The position numbers were made by a program, and so were the translations under genes. Source: a virus. From it: 64,000 nucleotides of DNA. Within the stretch, counting starts at the first letter, position 1; every line of letters begins with the position of its first letter. Location: the IMG/VR virus record IMGVR_UViG_3300025010_000053, positions 6,498 through 70,497 of that record, one strand, 5' to 3'. Shown here one piece after another: positions 49,054-60,001 of the stretch. The notes under the pieces were generated by a model, which saw nothing but the letters and a program-made list of their open reading frames with translations, made no database searches and had not been told where the DNA came from.

Positions 49054-50066
49054 CAGACATTAAACGCATTGAAAAAGGCATGTACTGGGATCGCGCTTGG
49101 TCTTTGGTTCGAGGTTGCAGCAAGGTTAGTGATGGTTGCTTGAATTGCTGGGCGGAGCGAGAAAACCATATGAGGTCATTCAATCCCAACGAAAAGGTTA
49201 AAGCTCAGTATGAAGGTTTGACAGACGGAGATGGTAGGTTTAACGGTCAGATTAGGCTTATGGTGCAGAATCGTAATTTACCTCTGATCGTCAAGAAGCC
49301 TACTGTATGGGCAGTGTGGAACGACCTTTTTCATGATGATGTTCCGGGAGATTTCATATATGGCGCATTTAATAGGATGCGAAAATGTGAGCAACACACT
49401 TTCATAGTTTTAACGAAAAGACCAGAACGGATGAAGATGATTTTTGATGGCTTTAAAATTTATAATAATTATTTGTGTGATTTACCAAACGTATGGCTTG
49501 GCGTAACAACTGAGAATCAGGAGCAGGCAGATAAAAGGATTCCGATACTTCTGCAAATACCGGCAGTTGTGAGGTTTGTATCTGTAGAGCCGATGTTGGG
49601 GCCGGTCGTATTGCGGAGAAAAGCCGCTAATGAGCAAGAAATAATTCAGGCCACTCTTATGGATAGACTAGAGGAATACAGCAGACCTATAGAACGAGGA
49701 ATTGATTGGGTTATCTGCGGTGGAGAGTCTGGGCCAGGAGTAAGACCATTGCACCCTGATTGGGCAAGATATTTACGCGATCAGTGCGTGGCGGCAGGGG
49801 TTCCGTTCTTCTTTAAGCAGTTGGGTGAGTTCAGGGAGATACGAAGATATTGGACATTCGCAAAGTACGCGGATACTGTTGGAATGGTATCCCGCATAGT
49901 TGGGCATGGTCGAACTGCCTTATTAAATGCCGATGACTCTGATCTTGTGAATGGTGGGCCAGAACATAAAGTCTATCCAATTAGTCACCTTGAGCGGGTA
50001 GGTAAAAAGATAGCAGGTCGTGAATTGGATGGTCGAACTTGGGACGAGTTCCCGGAGGTGAAATAA
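49050..50066 (+). CDS. DUF5131 (Gp37/Gp68-like) protein
   Basis: GCSKVSDGCLNCWAE, LTKRPER, WLGVTTENQ, SVEPML, WVICGGESG. Confidence 0.88.
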   Translation: MTDIKRIEKGMYWDRAWSLVRGCSKVSDGCLNCWAERENHMRSFNPNEKVKAQYEGLTDGDGRFNGQIRLMVQNRNLPLIVKKPTVWAVWNDLFHDDVPGDFIYGAFNRMRKCEQHTFIVLTKRPERMKMIFDGFKIYNNYLCDLPNVWLGVTTENQEQADKRIPILLQIPAVVRFVSVEPMLGPVVLRRKAANEQEIIQATLMDRLEEYSRPIERGIDWVICGGESGPGVRPLHPDWARYLRDQCVAAGVPFFFKQLGEFREIRRYWTFAKYADTVGMVSRIVGHGRTALLNADDSDLVNGGPEHKVYPISHLERVGKKIAGRELDGRTWDEFPEVK

Positions 50067-50830
50067 TGGTTGAAATAATAAAAGACGAAATGATTGAGCT
50101 GAATGAGGATAATAAGGCTGTTTGCCTTAAATCCATAAAAGATATGTTCTTTGCCGCTAAACAGCTTCATGAGTGGCTTGCAAAAGATGAGTTGTCAGTT
50201 GAAATGAAAAATACTCTCATAAGTCTCATAGAGAGCCATACAGCGGAATTTGCTAAAATACTCGAATATAATTCTCAGGCCGCTAACAGGATTGATGATG
50301 TGTTCGGTGGCATTAGGCAAGCCAATGTGAGAATACGAGAGTTGGAACATCAACTAGCTAATAACAGTTCGGTATCTGGAGTTAAAGAGTTACTCCGAGA
50401 GATGCACGACGGGTTATATAGTTGGTGGAATTTACAGGGTTTTAGTCACATAGGTGATGATAACTTTGGTTCATTCGGATATAGAGGAAAGTTTCACTTA
50501 AGTCTTAGCAGTGCAAGAATCTTTTCAAGCAAGCCTGTCACCGAGGAGCAGGAGCGCAAAAATAAACTGCAGCAGATGATTGACGATGGCTATGATTTTA
50601 GTTTTGTTGGCGGTGATCGGGAGTACGTTTTACTTGATACACCAGTAAACAGAAAGAAAATAACCGAACTTTTAAAAACAGCGTTCCCGAGTGTAAAAAT
50701 TATAAAGTGGAATAATTACCATCTTAAAGATGATGATTTTAAATTGTGGGACGTTGAGGTTATTATTTACGACTTATCCGAGATTAAAAGCATTGTCGAT
50801 TCTGCGAAAACTGCCAAGGCTGAGGATTAA
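50066..50830 (+). CDS. Hypothetical protein
   Basis: ~254 aa ORF in the operon. Confidence 0.65.
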   Translation: MVEIIKDEMIELNEDNKAVCLKSIKDMFFAAKQLHEWLAKDELSVEMKNTLISLIESHTAEFAKILEYNSQAANRIDDVFGGIRQANVRIRELEHQLANNSSVSGVKELLREMHDGLYSWWNLQGFSHIGDDNFGSFGYRGKFHLSLSSARIFSSKPVTEEQERKNKLQQMIDDGYDFSFVGGDREYVLLDTPVNRKKITELLKTAFPSVKIIKWNNYHLKDDDFKLWDVEVIIYDLSEIKSIVDSAKTAKAED

Positions 50831-50832
50831 GG

Positions 50833-51444
50833 ATGCAAAAGTGTCGCCTAATTATTGCGGATCCTCCTTGGCGCTATAATGACCAGGGAACACGATTAAG
50901 CCCTCAGTACGAGGGCAAGCAGCGGAAGTCGGGTAAACACTATGACACTATGTCTTTAGAGGAAATATGTGCTTTAGGCGAGTGGATAAAATCTATCACA
51001 GCGCAGGACGCGATCCTGCTGCTGTGGAGCACCCACCCGATTAAAGAAACGCATCCATGGCCGGTCATGAAGGCGTGGGGGTTTAGATATTCTACGGCAA
51101 TACCCTGGGTGAAGGCTAGATGGGACGCAAAGAAGAAGCGACTTGTATATCAAATCGGCGGTGGTAAAACCACCAGGTCATGTAGCGAGGAGTTATTGGT
51201 TTGTACACGCGGGAAAGGTGCCTCGCTGGTGCGAGACAGAGGAATTCCTGGAGCCATAATAGCGCCGAGGACAAAGCACAGCGCCAAACCGGATGAGCAA
51301 TATGACATAGCAGAACGCATGGTACCATGTGGGCCGATGTTGGAGTTGTTTGCCCGCCAGATTAAGCATAAATGGTCAACTTGGGGCGATGAAATCAGCG
51401 ATTGGGGTAGTGGAGCTTGGACGAACTTAAAAAAGCTAGGCTAA
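50833..51444 (+). CDS. MT-A70-family adenine methyltransferase
   Basis: IIADPPW, HSAKP, LELFAR, W..WGDE. Confidence 0.88.
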   Translation: MQKCRLIIADPPWRYNDQGTRLSPQYEGKQRKSGKHYDTMSLEEICALGEWIKSITAQDAILLLWSTHPIKETHPWPVMKAWGFRYSTAIPWVKARWDAKKKRLVYQIGGGKTTRSCSEELLVCTRGKGASLVRDRGIPGAIIAPRTKHSAKPDEQYDIAERMVPCGPMLELFARQIKHKWSTWGDEISDWGSGAWTNLKKLG

Positions 51445-51569
51445 GACTTAGGATTGAGCGACTACGGAAGAAGCTATATGACTGCAAGCCGGAGAAGCTT
51501 TGTTTTTGCGGGATACTGCCCAAAGATATTGAGGAAATAGCTTAAACCAAAACAACAGGGGGAAGGCAA

Positions 51570-52487
51570 ATGGCGCGGGCAAGAAATATTAAACCAGGAT
51601 TTTTCTTGAATGACGAATTAGCGGAAATAGAACCTCTTGGTCGCTTGCTATTTGCTGGCCTCTGGACTATTGCAGATAGGGAGGGACGCCTTGAGGATAG
51701 ACCCAAGAAAATCAAGGCGGCTGTACTTCCCTATGACGATTGCAACGTAGATAGTTTATTGCAGGAGCTAAATAATAAGGGATTCATTGTCCGGTATACG
51801 GTAAATGGCAATAGTTATATAGCTATTATTAACTGGAAAAAGCACCAAAACCCACATATAAAAGAAGCTGCAAGCGAGATACCTGCACCGGAAAAAATAG
51901 TTTCTTCCATTAAAGAGGTTAGGGATGAAACTATTTTAGAACATGAAAAGAACAGTACAAGTACAGTACTAGAACAGAATCAGAATACAACTAATCCTGC
52001 TGATTCCCTTAACCCTATTACTGATTCCCTTAACCCTATTACTGATTCCCTTAACCCTATTACTGATTCCCTTAACCCTATTACTGATTCCCTTAACGGT
52101 GATAAAAAACAAAAAGAGGGCAAAGGAAAAAGTCCACCAAAAAATAATTATGCCGAGTTCGTGAGAATGACCGAAGCTGAGCATCAAAAGTTAGTTGACG
52201 AATATGGAGAAGAAAAAACAAAATCCATGATTCAAATACTAGATAACTATAAAGGCTCGAAAGGTAAAACATACAAAGATGATTACCGGGCTATCTTGTC
52301 CTGGGTAGTCAAACGAATTGAGGAAGAGGAGAGGAATAAGCATGGAGGCTGTTACTATAACGACGGAAAGCGTAAAACAGAGATGGCAAAGACAGGCACA
52401 AGAAAGACAGCAGAAGATTACACAAGCGGGGAGTATGGAAAATTTTTTGAGATTGACTTACCCGATGACCATGGAAAAGTTTGCTGA
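51570..52487 (+). CDS. Phage replication initiator
   Basis: MARARNIKPGFF...LFAGLWTIADREGRL N-terminus; internal iterons; upstream of dnaC-like gene. Confidence 0.85.
   Translation: MARARNIKPGFFLNDELAEIEPLGRLLFAGLWTIADREGRLEDRPKKIKAAVLPYDDCNVDSLLQELNNKGFIVRYTVNGNSYIAIINWKKHQNPHIKEAASEIPAPEKIVSSIKEVRDETILEHEKNSTSTVLEQNQNTTNPADSLNPITDSLNPITDSLNPITDSLNPITDSLNGDKKQKEGKGKSPPKNNYAEFVRMTEAEHQKLVDEYGEEKTKSMIQILDNYKGSKGKTYKDDYRAILSWVVKRIEEEERNKHGGCYYNDGKRKTEMAKTGTRKTAEDYTSGEYGKFFEIDLPDDHGKVC
52000..52097 (+). repeat. Iteron array (4 x 21 bp CTGATTCCCTTAACCCTATTA + 14-bp partial), likely phage origin
   Basis: Perfect tandem repeat inside the initiator gene (TDSLNPI repeats). Confidence 0.85.
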
Positions 52488-53274
52488 AATAATCATGTCA
52501 ACGAATAACGGACAGCAGGAGTTTGATGAATTTCAACTTGGCGATGCCGAGAGGTCATTAGTCGGTTGCCAAAAATGTACTGGACTTGAGTTTTGCGAAA
52601 GTGTTTCCCCTGGACTTGCGGTAAGACAGTTAACTAATCATTTTGGCTCTCTAAGTATTTCATATGGTCATTGTGAATTTGAGTTAGCTAGGCAGGGGCA
52701 AGTAAAAATAGGCGAATTGCTGCAGAGTTCAAGGATTAAAAAGAGATTTCTTCAAAGAACGCTTGACCGCTTTGAAATTACCAAGGGGAATAAAAAGCCT
52801 TTCAGTATGATTAAAAGCTATGTTGAGTCATTTAACTCCGATGTGAGTGTAGGTATCATGCTTGTTGGGCCGGTCGGAACTGGTAAAACGCATTTGGCTA
52901 TAGCCATCTTGCAGGAGTTGATTAAGAAAGGACATGCCGGTGCTTATGTTACGGTACCGGAACTCCTTGATGAAATTAGGGATTCTATAAGCTCTGACGT
53001 TAAAGGTGGTAGCGCTAAGCTGATGCAGTTAGTCAAAACAATACCTGTTCTTGTGTTGGATGATATGGGAACAGAAAAGGCCACTGAGTGGGTGCGGGAA
53101 AGGCTTTTTGTGATAATTAATGCCCGATACGAGGACATGAAGCCGACAATCATCACGACCAACTGCGGTATTGAGGAATTGCAGGAGAGGATAGGAGAAA
53201 GAACTGTCTCTCGCCTCTGGGAAATGTGTAAAGGTGTGGTTCTGGAAGGTGAAGATAGAAGAAAGCGGCGGTAA
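52342..53274 (+). CDS. DnaC/IstB-like helicase loader
   Basis: GPVGTGKTHL, LVLDDMG, IITTN, SRLWEMC. Confidence 0.92.
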   Translation: MEAVTITTESVKQRWQRQAQERQQKITQAGSMENFLRLTYPMTMEKFAEIIMSTNNGQQEFDEFQLGDAERSLVGCQKCTGLEFCESVSPGLAVRQLTNHFGSLSISYGHCEFELARQGQVKIGELLQSSRIKKRFLQRTLDRFEITKGNKKPFSMIKSYVESFNSDVSVGIMLVGPVGTGKTHLAIAILQELIKKGHAGAYVTVPELLDEIRDSISSDVKGGSAKLMQLVKTIPVLVLDDMGTEKATEWVRERLFVIINARYEDMKPTIITTNCGIEELQERIGERTVSRLWEMCKGVVLEGEDRRKRR

Positions 53275-53552
53275 GAATAAGCCCATGGATGAGCAACAGA
53301 AAGGATGGTCATGGTGACAAAAACAGAGAGGCTTAAAGTAGCTCTGAATGCAGTGAAGGAGCTAAGGGAAGAGATTAATACTATTTTGAATGATTGTCCT
53401 GTTCAACATGGATATAAATCAAAAATAACTTGTACGCAAAAACCAGATGACTGCGTCAGATGCTGGGACGATGCGCTAAACAATGCGGTAGAACCTGACG
53501 CCGGGGTGCCAGAGGTTTTCGACGATAGTGGGTTGCCGATGCGGGGAACGGC

Positions 53553-53981
53553 GTGATGCTGGTAGTTTTAAAAATAGGCCTTATCGCCTGCAGTAAGAAA
53601 AAACTGGCTAATGCGTCAGAGGCAAAAGACCTTTACTGCAGTCCGTTATTTAAAGCGGCGAGTCAATACGCAGAAAAGAACTATGACAAGTGGCTTATAT
53701 TATCAGCAAAACACGGATTATTGCATCCATACAGGATTATAGAGCCTTACGACTTATCACTAAACGATATGTCTGCAAAAGAACGGGCAAAATGGTCTGA
53801 GATGGTGTTGTCTCAAATTGCAAAGCTTGGTTTAGATGACGAAAAATTTTACGTCCATGCCGGAAAAAAGTATCAGGGTATTTGTAAGTATCATGCAAAT
53901 TATCACGTACCTTTGGCCGGTCTTGGCATAGGACAGCAGTTGGCTTGGTACAAGGAGCGTAATGATGCTAGTGGGAGGTGA
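53553..53981 (+). CDS. DUF6884-like protein
   Basis: LIACSKKK...AKDLYCSPLFK...ILSAKHGL...IEPYD. Confidence 0.75.
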   Translation: MMLVVLKIGLIACSKKKLANASEAKDLYCSPLFKAASQYAEKNYDKWLILSAKHGLLHPYRIIEPYDLSLNDMSAKERAKWSEMVLSQIAKLGLDDEKFYVHAGKKYQGICKYHANYHVPLAGLGIGQQLAWYKERNDASGR

Positions 53982-55680
53982 GGAGATAGAGCACACATAT
54001 ACAGCCATATACTTATTTTGCGGTTCGGGCGGGTTCGCATTGGGAGCCCAAGAGGCGACAACAGAATACCGGGGAGTATCGGCAAACTTTATTACACTAG
54101 CCGGGATTGACTGCGACCCTGACGCGTGCAAAGACTTTGAAGCACTTACCGGAGCCCCAGCGGTGCAGATGGACTTGTTTAGCCGGGAAGATTATATCGC
54201 TTTCCATGGTCAAGAACCACCTGAAGGATGGAGGGAAGTGACTCCTAAGGATATACGGAAAGTGGCTGGTGGAATAGCTCCAGACGCGGTTATTACTTCT
54301 CCACCATGCAAAGGGTTTAGCGGATTATTACCCAGCAAATCAGCGGCATCGGAAAAGTACCAAGCGCTTAACCGGTTGACTATAAGGGGCTTAAAACTAA
54401 CCCTGGAGGCCTTTTCCGATGACCTGCCAGGCATAATTCTCTTGGAAAACGTGCCGCGAATAACAACTAGAGGCAAGGATCTGCTGCAGGAAATGAAAAG
54501 TCTGTTGGGTGGTGCCGGATATGTTTTTCACGAAGGATTTCATGATTGCGGAGAGCTCGGAGGCCTGGGACAGCATCGGAAAAGGTATCTGTTGATAGCC
54601 AGAAACCCGGCCAAGGTGCAAAACTTCGTGTATCAGTCGCCAAAACTGCAGGTTCGTAGTATAGGCGAAATATTGGGACCACTGCCCATGCCAGGAGACC
54701 CAAGAGGCGGGATAATGCACAGACTACCGAAACTGCAGTGGAAAACATGGGTACGTCTGGCACTTATACCGGCCGGGGGAGATTGGCGGGATCTTGAGAA
54801 TATAGCACCGGAAGAATATAGGCTTGAATATCTCCCAAGGGGTGGCGGTTCGTTCGGGGTACAGGATTGGGATAAACCTTCTAAGACCGTAACAGGAAAC
54901 GCCAAAGTAAACGGTTCTAATGCTGCTAATATTGCAGACCCAAGACTATCAGAAAGGGGCACTAGACACCCTGCAGTTTATCAAGTAGTCAACTGGACAG
55001 AGCCAGGACCATGTGTGACAGGAACCCGCTTTGGGAGTGGTGCACCAGCAATAAGTGACCCGCGAACAGGCTTTAAGGACAGCACACATCACGCCATCTA
55101 TCGGGTGAGCAAGTGGGACGAATCAGCCAATACCGTAACTGGAGCTATGAGGCCGAACAATGGAGCATTAACTATAGCTGACCCAAGGTTAGGATGTAAA
55201 TGCAGGTCAGGCAGTTATGGAGTACAGGACTGGTCGGACCCGGCAAAGACAGTCACAGGTGCAGACATCCACAGCGGCAATTGTGCGGTGTCTGACCCTA
55301 GAATTCCAAAAGACACCGAATCTGGGGTTTGGATAATAATAGCTTTGGACGGCAGCTGGCATAGACCACTAACAACCTGGGAACTGCTTGCACTACAAGG
55401 ATTTCCACTCTATATGCCAGATGGTTCGCCGGTAGTATTGTCAGGGAAATCAGATGCCAAATGGCGGGAGCGGATCGGTAATGCGGTACCGCCACCGGCA
55501 GCAAGAGCTATCGGGGAACAGATTCTAAGAACGTTGTTACTGAGTAAGCTTGATGTTTGGGAACTAAGTAATCAGGAAATATGGGTACAGCCCGGCGGGG
55601 ATGATGGACATGCCTGGTACACGCGGTTTATTCCCGAATCATCCAACGAGGAACTGCCCGGACTGCGGCAGACCATATAA
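53962..55680 (+). CDS. DNA (cytosine-5) methyltransferase
   Basis: LFCGSGG, SPPCKGFS, LLENVP, QHRKRY, LQGFP, IGNAVPP. Confidence 0.93.
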   Translation: MMLVGGEEIEHTYTAIYLFCGSGGFALGAQEATTEYRGVSANFITLAGIDCDPDACKDFEALTGAPAVQMDLFSREDYIAFHGQEPPEGWREVTPKDIRKVAGGIAPDAVITSPPCKGFSGLLPSKSAASEKYQALNRLTIRGLKLTLEAFSDDLPGIILLENVPRITTRGKDLLQEMKSLLGGAGYVFHEGFHDCGELGGLGQHRKRYLLIARNPAKVQNFVYQSPKLQVRSIGEILGPLPMPGDPRGGIMHRLPKLQWKTWVRLALIPAGGDWRDLENIAPEEYRLEYLPRGGGSFGVQDWDKPSKTVTGNAKVNGSNAANIADPRLSERGTRHPAVYQVVNWTEPGPCVTGTRFGSGAPAISDPRTGFKDSTHHAIYRVSKWDESANTVTGAMRPNNGALTIADPRLGCKCRSGSYGVQDWSDPAKTVTGADIHSGNCAVSDPRIPKDTESGVWIIIALDGSWHRPLTTWELLALQGFPLYMPDGSPVVLSGKSDAKWRERIGNAVPPPAARAIGEQILRTLLLSKLDVWELSNQEIWVQPGGDDGHAWYTRFIPESSNEELPGLRQTI

Positions 55681-57406
55681 ACCACTTTCCGGCAACCAGA
55701 AACGTTGCAAAAGCTGCATAAGGGCAGCGAGAAGAGAAAGGGGAAAAGAGAAATATGAGCAGAAAAAGCGCAATAAAGAGAGCGCAGGAAATAGCTGAGC
55801 TTAAGCAAAACGTAAGTAATTTACAAACTAGACTTTCCGTGCTGAGTGGTGCCTATGACTACCACCGAGAAGAAATAGAAAGGTTAAGCTCTGAGATAAG
55901 AACTCTTGCAACTGCCAATAGAATACTGACCAATAGCCTAAATGACCATATAGATATAGTCACTTTTGACCGTGAGTCTCAGGCCCAGGAAAACCTCAGA
56001 ATACAAACTCAACTATCTGCCCTTGAGAGAAAGCTTAACTCAGAGAGCAAGATTAATACAAGGCATATGCTCAGACTTATCGACAGGGTTGCCGCACTCG
56101 AAACAAACCCCGTCATAAAACTGTTTAGCTGGCCTAAGAGGAGGGTGGTTAAGGATGCCTAGACCCAAAGTTAACCCTATTGAGTTGGTTGTGCAGGCCA
56201 TCCATGAGGCAGGGACTTCTGAGCCGGGCAAAGTTAGCCTTCAAATTGAGGAAATAGTACAGCGTAAGATGGCAAACAGAACAGCAAAAGGAAAAGTATT
56301 GTTCTGTTTGTATCGGGAGATAGAACGCTACGGGATTAGGAAGTACAGCGATGTTGTCAGACTGGTCGAGAAGGTCAGGAGGGCTGTCTCATGAAATGCC
56401 ATTGTTGCGGCGGTACCGAACAAGTCAGCATGGACAAGTCCTTTGGTTACTTCCTCTGTGTGTTATGTCGGAGGCAGTGGATAAGGGCTAACACCAAGAT
56501 AGACCCGGAAATGCCCAGAAGAATGAGAAACAAAAAGGCGGCTGTGTGATGGGATACAGCAAATACAAAAACCAGTATTCGGAAGAGGAGAAACGTATAG
56601 CAAGCCTAAAACATCCCATCGAGCAAGTATATAAAATCTACCGTGAGGCAGGGTTCACCAGAAGCAAAGAATGCCTTAGAAAGTGGAGGTATGACAACGG
56701 CATATTGGAGTCAGATTTTAAAGCCGGAATAACTGTAAGGCATAAGCCAAAGCGCAAGACTAAGCAAGTCAACCGCTTTCCTGAAGGAGTTCGGGAGTGG
56801 TTTATGGACACCAGAACTGATAGTTTTGTTGGACTATAACAAAATACATAGCAGACCGGTGCCGAGCCGGTCAAGTCCCGAAAGGGTGAGATGGATGAGA
56901 AAAGCACACAGCCAACAGAAAGGCGTTAAACGTCTGGTCATCGGGAAGTGCATGGGTTTAATTTTTGGCTGGTCAACCAAAGAAAAAGACTACTGGTATG
57001 ACAAAAAGCCAGGAGATAAACCGCGTGTATGGTATGAAATATACAATGTCGAGTGCGTAAAAGTAAGATGCGTGTATATGTTTCGTGCTTATGTAGCAAT
57101 ATTTTGGAAAAAGGAGTTGTTTTAACAATGCAACTCTTGAAATTAAACAAAAATCCAATCTCTCGCATAACTCAGTTATCCCGTTGATACGGGTTGTCGA
57201 AATCGGGCATTGAGGTAATCACCAACAGGTAACTACCCGCTGTCGAGCGGATGCCCGTCGAAGTCCCGGAGTTACGCCGGGCGCCATATGAAAAATAGAC
57301 GTAAAACTGAGCATGGTTAGGGTTATCTATGGCGGTTAGTTGCCGTAGGATGTCAATACGGTACCAATCCCACTTAGCTGATTAATTCAGTTAAAGTGGT
57401 GCGGGT

Positions 57407-58117
57407 GTGCGAGAGGTTGTTAGTCTTAGTCTAGGCAAGGATAGCAGCGCCTTAGCTATCTATCTTAAAAATAAATACCCAAACAGGAAATTTGAATTCG
57501 TTTTTGTTGACAACGGGGCAGAACTTCCCGAAGCATACGCCTACCTGCCGAAGCTGGAAAGCGTGATAGGTAAAATAACTGTCCTACACAGTGATTTTGA
57601 AGGCATGTTGGGCAAGTGGGGAAACTTCCTGCCAAGCGCAAAAGCCAGATGGTGCACGCGAAAAACAAAGATAGAGCCACTAGCCAAATATCTCGGAAAC
57701 GATAATATTCTGATGTACGTCGGGTTGACTGCTGATGAAACGAAATCTAACCGAGGGTGGAAGTGGCCTAGCAATGTAAAAACAAAATACACTTTTCAAG
57801 AGCAGGGAATAGTAAGGTCAGATATAATCAGAATCTTAGATTCAGCAGGTATTGGCCTTCCAGATTTCTATCAGTGGCGTTCCAGGTCTGGGTGCTACTG
57901 TTGCCCGTTCCAACGTCGGATCGAGTGGGTAGAACTCCTTGAACGTCATCCGAAATTGTTCTGGAAAGCTGCTGGATTTGAAAATGAGAAATACACCTGG
58001 ATACAAGGTTTGCCGCTCTTAGAGTTGGCAAAGCGGAAAGACGAGATTAGAAAACGTCACAGTGTGGCTTTGTATCGAGAGGAAATAAGGGGCAAGCAAA
58101 TAGTATTTAATTTCTAG
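57407..58117 (+). CDS. PAPS-reductase-family protein
   Basis: SLGKDS, RWCT.KTKIEP, RSGCYCCP. Confidence 0.82.
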   Translation: MREVVSLSLGKDSSALAIYLKNKYPNRKFEFVFVDNGAELPEAYAYLPKLESVIGKITVLHSDFEGMLGKWGNFLPSAKARWCTRKTKIEPLAKYLGNDNILMYVGLTADETKSNRGWKWPSNVKTKYTFQEQGIVRSDIIRILDSAGIGLPDFYQWRSRSGCYCCPFQRRIEWVELLERHPKLFWKAAGFENEKYTWIQGLPLLELAKRKDEIRKRHSVALYREEIRGKQIVFNF

Positions 58118-59473
58118 GAGGTAGATGATGGATAACATAGGTCAAGGTTTAGCTGAACTTGCTATAAAAGTAGAAGAACGAACAAAAGAGAGAATTAACG
58201 AAGCAATACAGGCAGAGCGCAGAAGGATTGCTGACTATTTAGTAAGTAATAAAATATGTCCTGCTGTAGAAAATTTATGTGAAACTCCTGGATTTATGGA
58301 AAGTTGCTGCTTTTGTTGTTGGTCAACGGTGCTTGATAAGGAAAAAAGATGATAAGAACAAGGATATTGTTCTGAAAGGCTTTGCCCGTTGGCTGAAGCA
58401 GAGCGCTTAGGCGGTTATAAAAAATCGGAGGTGTGATATGGCTAAACCAAAACCGAGTGAGGACAGTATTGTTTTTGAGGCAGTAAAACTAGGAGCTACT
58501 TTTGTAGCCCTGGGTAAGCAGTGGGGAGTAACTGCAAGGACAGCTAAAGCCTGGTGTAAGGACGTTGGCATAGAAAAGCCCGGAGTGCAACCCATTAAGA
58601 CGGAGCTAGTGCAGGACTTAGAGCCTACAGCGGTACCGGTGCTTAGGTCCGAGCGACGAGAATTAACTACAGCGGAGCAAGAAGCATTTGGCACCATCGG
58701 GCACCTTGTAAAGACCAAGCAACCGCAGGTATTCGAGAAAATAGAACACCTGCCAAGGTCAGCGGAAAAAGAAATTTATGCACTGATCGACTCTTTAAGT
58801 ACTACCGTGATTCAACTTAAAGGGGAGTTAGTTGCAGAACGCAAAGCCAGGCTGCACTTTAAGGACGATCTTACTGTAAGGGTAGAAGAAATATTTAGGC
58901 AGGTAGCGGAACCTCAGGGTAAAACGTCGGCAGACCAGTCGGTTAACCCATTTATAAGCACAATGCTGTCTATAGCTGAAAAAGTTATAAGAGCCGGGAC
59001 AGGAGATGCACACCTGGACGTGGCTGAGCAAAGGATATATCACCAGTTTAGAGCGTTGATTCAATATACTACAAGGGATCTCAGATACATTCTAAACAAC
59101 CATCACCACTTTGATCTGTCGATTACGGAAAGTAAAGAATATTCGGCAAAAGCTAAAGAGAAAAAGGCTGCAGTTAATGGCCAGACTTAGTCTAAGGTGC
59201 AGAAGGAGATAAAAATGAAGCCAGATAAAAAGAAGAAAATCATCGATCTTGTAAGCAAGAAATACTGGGAGAGCTACAACCGGGGAGACAGGTCTTGGGA
59301 TAGGATGTCTGAGGGATCGAAAGATATAGTTAGGCAGGATGCAGAAATATATCTTGAAGCTATTGGATACTTTGATTTGTGCGATGAAATCAACTCACTC
59401 CCATCAAATTTAAAAGGCGATATTTGTCCGAAATGCCTCGATATTGTTACGGACAAACTGCCACAAACACTAT

Positions 59474-60001
59474 ATGACCAGGCTTAATCTAAGCCTTAAG
59501 GAATATAACCGGTTAACTGGTAAGGCAGGGAAGGAAAAACGGGCCGACAAGCCCGTAACCCTTCCACCAGTGCAGGTGCAGTGGGATGCCTGGAAATTGC
59601 AAGGTGGCATATGGATTCAGATACCGGATCCGCCACCAAGCCTAAATGAATGGATGAACTGGCATTGGGCTAAACGAGGGAAATATAAAGACGAACTGAC
59701 CGACGATATCCATAAACTTGTCCTATTCTTTAAATTTACGAGGTATAAACTGGCTACAGTGCAAGTAATTCACTACTTTAAAACTAAACGAAAACGGGAT
59801 CCGTCAGACAACTATGCACCAAAATTTTTAATGGATGCTTTGGTCAGGTCCGGCGTCCTGGAAGACGATAACGGGGAAATGGTCACTGTTCTTATACCAG
59901 AATTGAAAGTAGACCGCAATAGACCCAGGACTGAAGTTTTTATATGGGAGGGGTTAAATGCTCAACAAAACCCTAACAGCCCTACAATCAATCAGAGTTA
60001 A
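59474..60001 (+). CDS. RusA-like Holliday junction resolvase
   Basis: PPPSLNEW, RDPSDNYAPKFLMDALV..GVLEDD. Confidence 0.75.
   Translation: MTRLNLSLKEYNRLTGKAGKEKRADKPVTLPPVQVQWDAWKLQGGIWIQIPDPPPSLNEWMNWHWAKRGKYKDELTDDIHKLVLFFKFTRYKLATVQVIHYFKTKRKRDPSDNYAPKFLMDALVRSGVLEDDNGEMVTVLIPELKVDRNRPRTEVFIWEGLNAQQNPNSPTINQS

Noticed and set aside
51455-51465. TGAGCGACTAC matching one arm of the inverted repeat upstream of the tyrosine recombinase
   Set aside because: Only 11 nt, inside a plausible small ORF and with no partner arm; chance match is likely
56850-56890. Two small hairpins (gaccgg/ccggtc and cccGAAAggg) similar in layout to 10885-10922
   Set aside because: Too short and generic; typical phage intergenic hairpins, not group II intron domain V
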